A DNA stretch of 64,000 nt from contig CAZVZU010000009.1 of assembly GCA_964631685.1 (NCBI GenBank), positions 24,807 to 88,806 of the forward strand, in the 5' to 3' direction. Below the pieces are notes generated by a model. That model did not search any database. It saw only the letters and a program-made list of their open reading frames with translations, and was not told the origin of the DNA. Below, piece by piece: positions 60,714-64,000 of this stretch; position 1 is the first letter of the stretch; each line of letters begins with the position of its first letter. Both the position numbers and the translations under genes were made by a program. The DNA is from an uncultured Actinomycetes bacterium (GTDB lineage Bacteria > SZUA-79 > Acidulodesulfobacterales > Acidulodesulfobacteraceae).

Positions 60714-61961
60714 ATGATGAAAGAAAGGAGAAACTCTACCATGCCTGATGATGTTAAAAAAAACAGTGTTCTATACCCTTTTAACAAAGAAGCGATAGGA
60801 TTATCTAAGAATAACGGTAATTTTAATTTTGGATTATGGTTTAATAAGTTCATTCCACTCGGCGAAGATGATAAATTCAATGTATGCGGTAAAAATGGAG
60901 ATAAGAATAAGGCTATTGATTTTTATAAAGAAACCTATGATAAAAGCAAAAATAATCCTCTGCTAAAAAAATTACTAAACACTAAGCATTATTTTCAGCA
61001 CGACGCTTACGAATCTTATAAAAAAAAATACGACGTTATTATCATAACCGCCGAGCTAGTATCCCCTTTAATTACCGGCATCGGGCAACCTCATCCCTGC
61101 GAGGTCGGAATGACATTCGATCACACATTGGGGATACCCTATATTCCTGCGTCGTCTATAAAAGGCATAGCGCGGTTCTCACATACATTGGGATTGATAG
61201 ACAAGTTAATTAAAGAATATCCTAATAGCATTAAGCATGATGATGATGATATCGGTGAATATTTCGATGATGATGCGGAATGGACCAATATTAGCGCAAT
61301 GTTCGGTAAAGGCGGACAGAAGGATAATGAGGGCAATGTAGGCAATGTAGGCAACGTTATATTTTTAGATGCTTATCCAGAATCGGTTCCTGAGATATCC
61401 GTAGATATCATGAATCCGCATTACGGTGCTTATTATAACAAAGAAACACCTCCTGCGGACTATTTAAAACTAAATCCGATAAAATTTTTGACTGTGACCG
61501 CAGGTACAAAATTCATTTTTAGAGTAATGGTCCGAATTAAATCTGAGGGTCTTAAAAAACTTGCCGAGGATGCTCTTATAAATGCATTGACCGAAGAAGG
61601 CGTAGGCGCAAAGACAGCAGTAGGTTACGGATTATTTAAGATTAGTGGGCGCAAAGAACCTGATTCTATACAAAAGCTTATAGCTGACAAAAAGCGAGCT
61701 ATAGTACTGGAAAACATAGAAAACGGGTCGGAGGTTGATAAAATTTGCTACAGATTAAGAATAAAAAGTGATGTAAATGAAGCAAACAGAATATACGTTG
61801 ATATTGACAAGCATAATAAAGAAGATATACTAAAGATTGCGGGCGCGTTAAGAGATGCATGGCGTATAGCCGGGAAATGGTATGAAAAAGATGAACCAAC
61901 CAAAAAATTAACCCCAAAACATATGAAGAAAGTAGAAAAGATTAAATCCATATTGAAATAA
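60714..61961 (+). CDS. cmr6: Type III-B RAMP Cmr6 with C-terminal extension
   Basis: TGIG..HP.EVG, G.PYIPASSIKG, IFLDAYP, DIMNPHY, GVGAKTAVGYG. Confidence 0.93.
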   Translation: MMKERRNSTMPDDVKKNSVLYPFNKEAIGLSKNNGNFNFGLWFNKFIPLGEDDKFNVCGKNGDKNKAIDFYKETYDKSKNNPLLKKLLNTKHYFQHDAYESYKKKYDVIIITAELVSPLITGIGQPHPCEVGMTFDHTLGIPYIPASSIKGIARFSHTLGLIDKLIKEYPNSIKHDDDDIGEYFDDDAEWTNISAMFGKGGQKDNEGNVGNVGNVIFLDAYPESVPEISVDIMNPHYGAYYNKETPPADYLKLNPIKFLTVTAGTKFIFRVMVRIKSEGLKKLAEDALINALTEEGVGAKTAVGYGLFKISGRKEPDSIQKLIADKKRAIVLENIENGSEVDKICYRLRIKSDVNEANRIYVDIDKHNKEDILKIAGALRDAWRIAGKWYEKDEPTKKLTPKHMKKVEKIKSILK

Positions 61962-62011
61962 TATTTGTGTTACTCTTAGTAAGAAAATAATATCATAAAA
62001 TTTATTAGATT

Positions 62012-63112
62012 ATGTCAACAATTTACATTGTTTCAGATTACGGAAAACTGGTAAAGTCCGGGGATGTCCTGCAACTTAAGAAGGGAAATGATATATATCA
62101 AACAATATTTCCTTTTAAGACCGAGCAAATTGTCATTATAGGAAACATAGAGATGACCTCGCCCGCATTAAGATCTCTTATGTTTCATAATATTGACACG
62201 ATATTCCTCGGAAACAACGGGAAGTTCAACGGCAAAATAACCTTTCAGGACGGAAAAAGCAAGAATGTCTTCCTAAGACAAAAGCAATACAAATTACTTG
62301 AAGATGAGGGGTTTTGTCTAAATATTGCAAAGTCTATAGTATCCGCAAAATTACAAAATCAGTACAGTTTTATGCAAAGAATAAAAAGAAAGAGAAAATA
62401 TGATCCGTCCGTAACCAAAAATGCAGAGAGCATTAAAAATATCATCAATTTAATTGAAAACTCGAACAACATTGAGCAATTAAGGGGATATGAGGGCTTA
62501 GGGGCAAAGTACTATTTTAATTCTTTCAGGTACGCTATTGACATGGAACAAAGCTGGATCAAGTTTAACGGAAGAAGTAAGCGTCCGCCAAAGGACAATG
62601 TCAATGCAATACTAAGCCTGCTGTACACACTAACCTTGTTTAGGGTAGATGCAGCGATTGAGGCGAACGGACTGGACAGCTATGTCGGATACTTTCATGC
62701 GTTAGATTACGGCAGGCATACTCTTTCACTTGATTTATTGGAGGAATACAGAACGCCGATCGTTGATACATTGACAGCTGCATTATTTAATCTGAATATC
62801 TTGGAAAAAGACGATTTTCAGGATATTGCCTTTTCCAAAGATAATGAAGAAGACTGCGTATATATTGAAGAATCCGACTCAGATGATGCAGATAAAAAGA
62901 TCATTACGGATGGCGAAAGAGGAGTATTGCTGACCAAGGCAGGGATCAGGAAGGTTCTGGAACAGCTGGAAAGGAAATTAGATACATCTTTTTACTACTC
63001 TCCTTCTGCCAAGAATATAACATATAGGGATTTATTTTTTGAACAAGCTAAGCAATTCAAAAGAACGGTAAACGGCGAGGAAAGTCGTTATAAACCGCTA
63101 ACGCAGAAGTAA
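62012..63112 (+). CDS. cas1: CRISPR-associated integrase Cas1
   Basis: LRGYEG.GAK.YF, RSKRPPKD.VNA.LSL.Y, GYFH, L.LDLLEEYR. Confidence 0.95.
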   Translation: MSTIYIVSDYGKLVKSGDVLQLKKGNDIYQTIFPFKTEQIVIIGNIEMTSPALRSLMFHNIDTIFLGNNGKFNGKITFQDGKSKNVFLRQKQYKLLEDEGFCLNIAKSIVSAKLQNQYSFMQRIKRKRKYDPSVTKNAESIKNIINLIENSNNIEQLRGYEGLGAKYYFNSFRYAIDMEQSWIKFNGRSKRPPKDNVNAILSLLYTLTLFRVDAAIEANGLDSYVGYFHALDYGRHTLSLDLLEEYRTPIVDTLTAALFNLNILEKDDFQDIAFSKDNEEDCVYIEESDSDDADKKIITDGERGVLLTKAGIRKVLEQLERKLDTSFYYSPSAKNITYRDLFFEQAKQFKRTVNGEESRYKPLTQK

Positions 63113-63132
63113 TACGGGTTGCATAATATCCT

Positions 63133-63411
63133 ATGATATACATGATATGTTACGATATAACTGATGACGGAAGGCTTAGAAAGGTAGCCAATATTTTAAT
63201 GAATTACGGAATAAGGATACAAAAATCTTTCTTTCAATGTGAGATATCTAAGGGTTATTTAAAAACATTAACTGAGGATTTGCTTAGTGTTATAGATACA
63301 AAAAAGGATAAATTATATGTCTACCCTCTTTGCAACCCTTGCCTAAAAAATCATGTCATGTCGGATGGCACTGGCGATATTATAAAGATAGAAACATTTG
63401 AAATATTATAA
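63133..63411 (+). CDS. cas2: Cas2 (first copy)
   Basis: CYDITDD.RL.KV, G.RIQKSFF.C, D.LYVYPLC..C. Confidence 0.93.
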   Translation: MIYMICYDITDDGRLRKVANILMNYGIRIQKSFFQCEISKGYLKTLTEDLLSVIDTKKDKLYVYPLCNPCLKNHVMSDGTGDIIKIETFEIL

Positions 63412-63416
63412 ATATA

Positions 63417-63701
63417 ATGAAAAAATGGCTTATAATATATGACGTGCGAGATCCACGTAGATTAGCAAAAGTCGCTAAGATTTTAACCGAATATGCCGTG
63501 AGAGTGCAGAAATCGGTTTTTGAATTTGAAGGGAACGATAAAAGTATAAAAAGGATAAGATACAGGGTCAAAAAAGCCATTGATAACGATGAGGATTATG
63601 TAGTTTATTTTAATATATGTGAGTCCGACTGGCAAAAAAAGATTAAATATGGACCTTTAGTAAATCAAGAAATTGAAGAAAAGCCTTTCTATATCTTGTA
63701 A
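63417..63701 (+). CDS. cas2: Cas2 (second, divergent copy)
   Basis: IYDVRDPRRLAKV, RVQKSVFE, D.V.YFNICESDW. Confidence 0.9.
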   Translation: MKKWLIIYDVRDPRRLAKVAKILTEYAVRVQKSVFEFEGNDKSIKRIRYRVKKAIDNDEDYVVYFNICESDWQKKIKYGPLVNQEIEEKPFYIL

Positions 63702-63963
63702 TAAGATATAGAATAGTCTTTGATTTCGCCAACCTTGTTTGTAAAAAAACATAGATTGCGATTATAAGATGTTAATGCTTGACGATGCTTGTATTAGAAG
63801 TAGATTTAAATGGTATTTTGTTCTATTATGGTCTGTGACATTGTATATTTAACGCTTTACATAACATTCTGGTAGTAAAAGTGGTTATTTTAATTTTTAA
63901 TGTATTAGGTTTGCGAAATAGTTCTTTGACATCGTTGAATAATATATCGTTAAATAAGTCGCT
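63702..63963 (+). promoter_or_regulatory. Putative CRISPR leader
   Basis: AT-rich non-coding stretch between cas2 and the first repeat. Confidence 0.6.
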
Positions 63964-63998
63964 ATTGAAATGATTGACCTGCTTGAAGGGATTACGAC
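63964..63998 (+). CRISPR. Probable first CRISPR repeat; array truncated by the window end
   Basis: ATTGAAATGATTGACCTGCTTGAAGGGATTACGAC resembles GACCTG..GAAGGGATT..GAC type III-associated repeats; only one copy is visible, so the 5' boundary is uncertain. Confidence 0.7.
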
Positions 63999-64000
63999 CA

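Overview
An AT-rich bacterial chromosomal segment. Its gene content (reductive-type dsrAB with dsrD, dsrL and dsrEFH, plus Aquificae-like citryl-CoA enzymes) resembles what I recall for Ca. Acidulodesulfobacterium-like acidophilic sulfur cyclers; this taxonomy is an inference only. In order: the start of the dcw cluster (mraZ-rsmH-ftsL-ftsI); an icd-ccsA-ccsB-ccl-glpX operon (reductive-TCA citrate cleavage); lipA and alaC-hom-thrC-apgM; tadA; an NRAMP-related Mg2+ transporter with a long structured leader; a ~22 kb minus-strand sulfur cluster (dsrN-dsrABDLCMK-dsrEFH, sat-aprBA-qmoABC-hppA); tRNA-Ser(CGA) with duplicated fragments; housekeeping genes (galU, lon, thiL, two CNNM genes, trxA, mrp, plsY, dut); and a type III-B CRISPR-Cas locus (cas6, cmr1-6, cas1, two cas2) ending at the first repeat. 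Most notable: (1) the operon-embedded DsrC has only one cysteine (CysB is Ala), so it cannot form the canonical trisulfide, and the adjacent DsrL has a degenerate NAD(P)H-binding motif, suggesting a non-canonical Dsr pathway; (2) an unannotated 32-codon leader peptide with a cascade of mutually exclusive RNA helices upstream of the Mg2+ transporter, resembling a ribosome-controlled Mg2+ switch. All calls come from motif recognition by eye; no searches or folding calculations were run.
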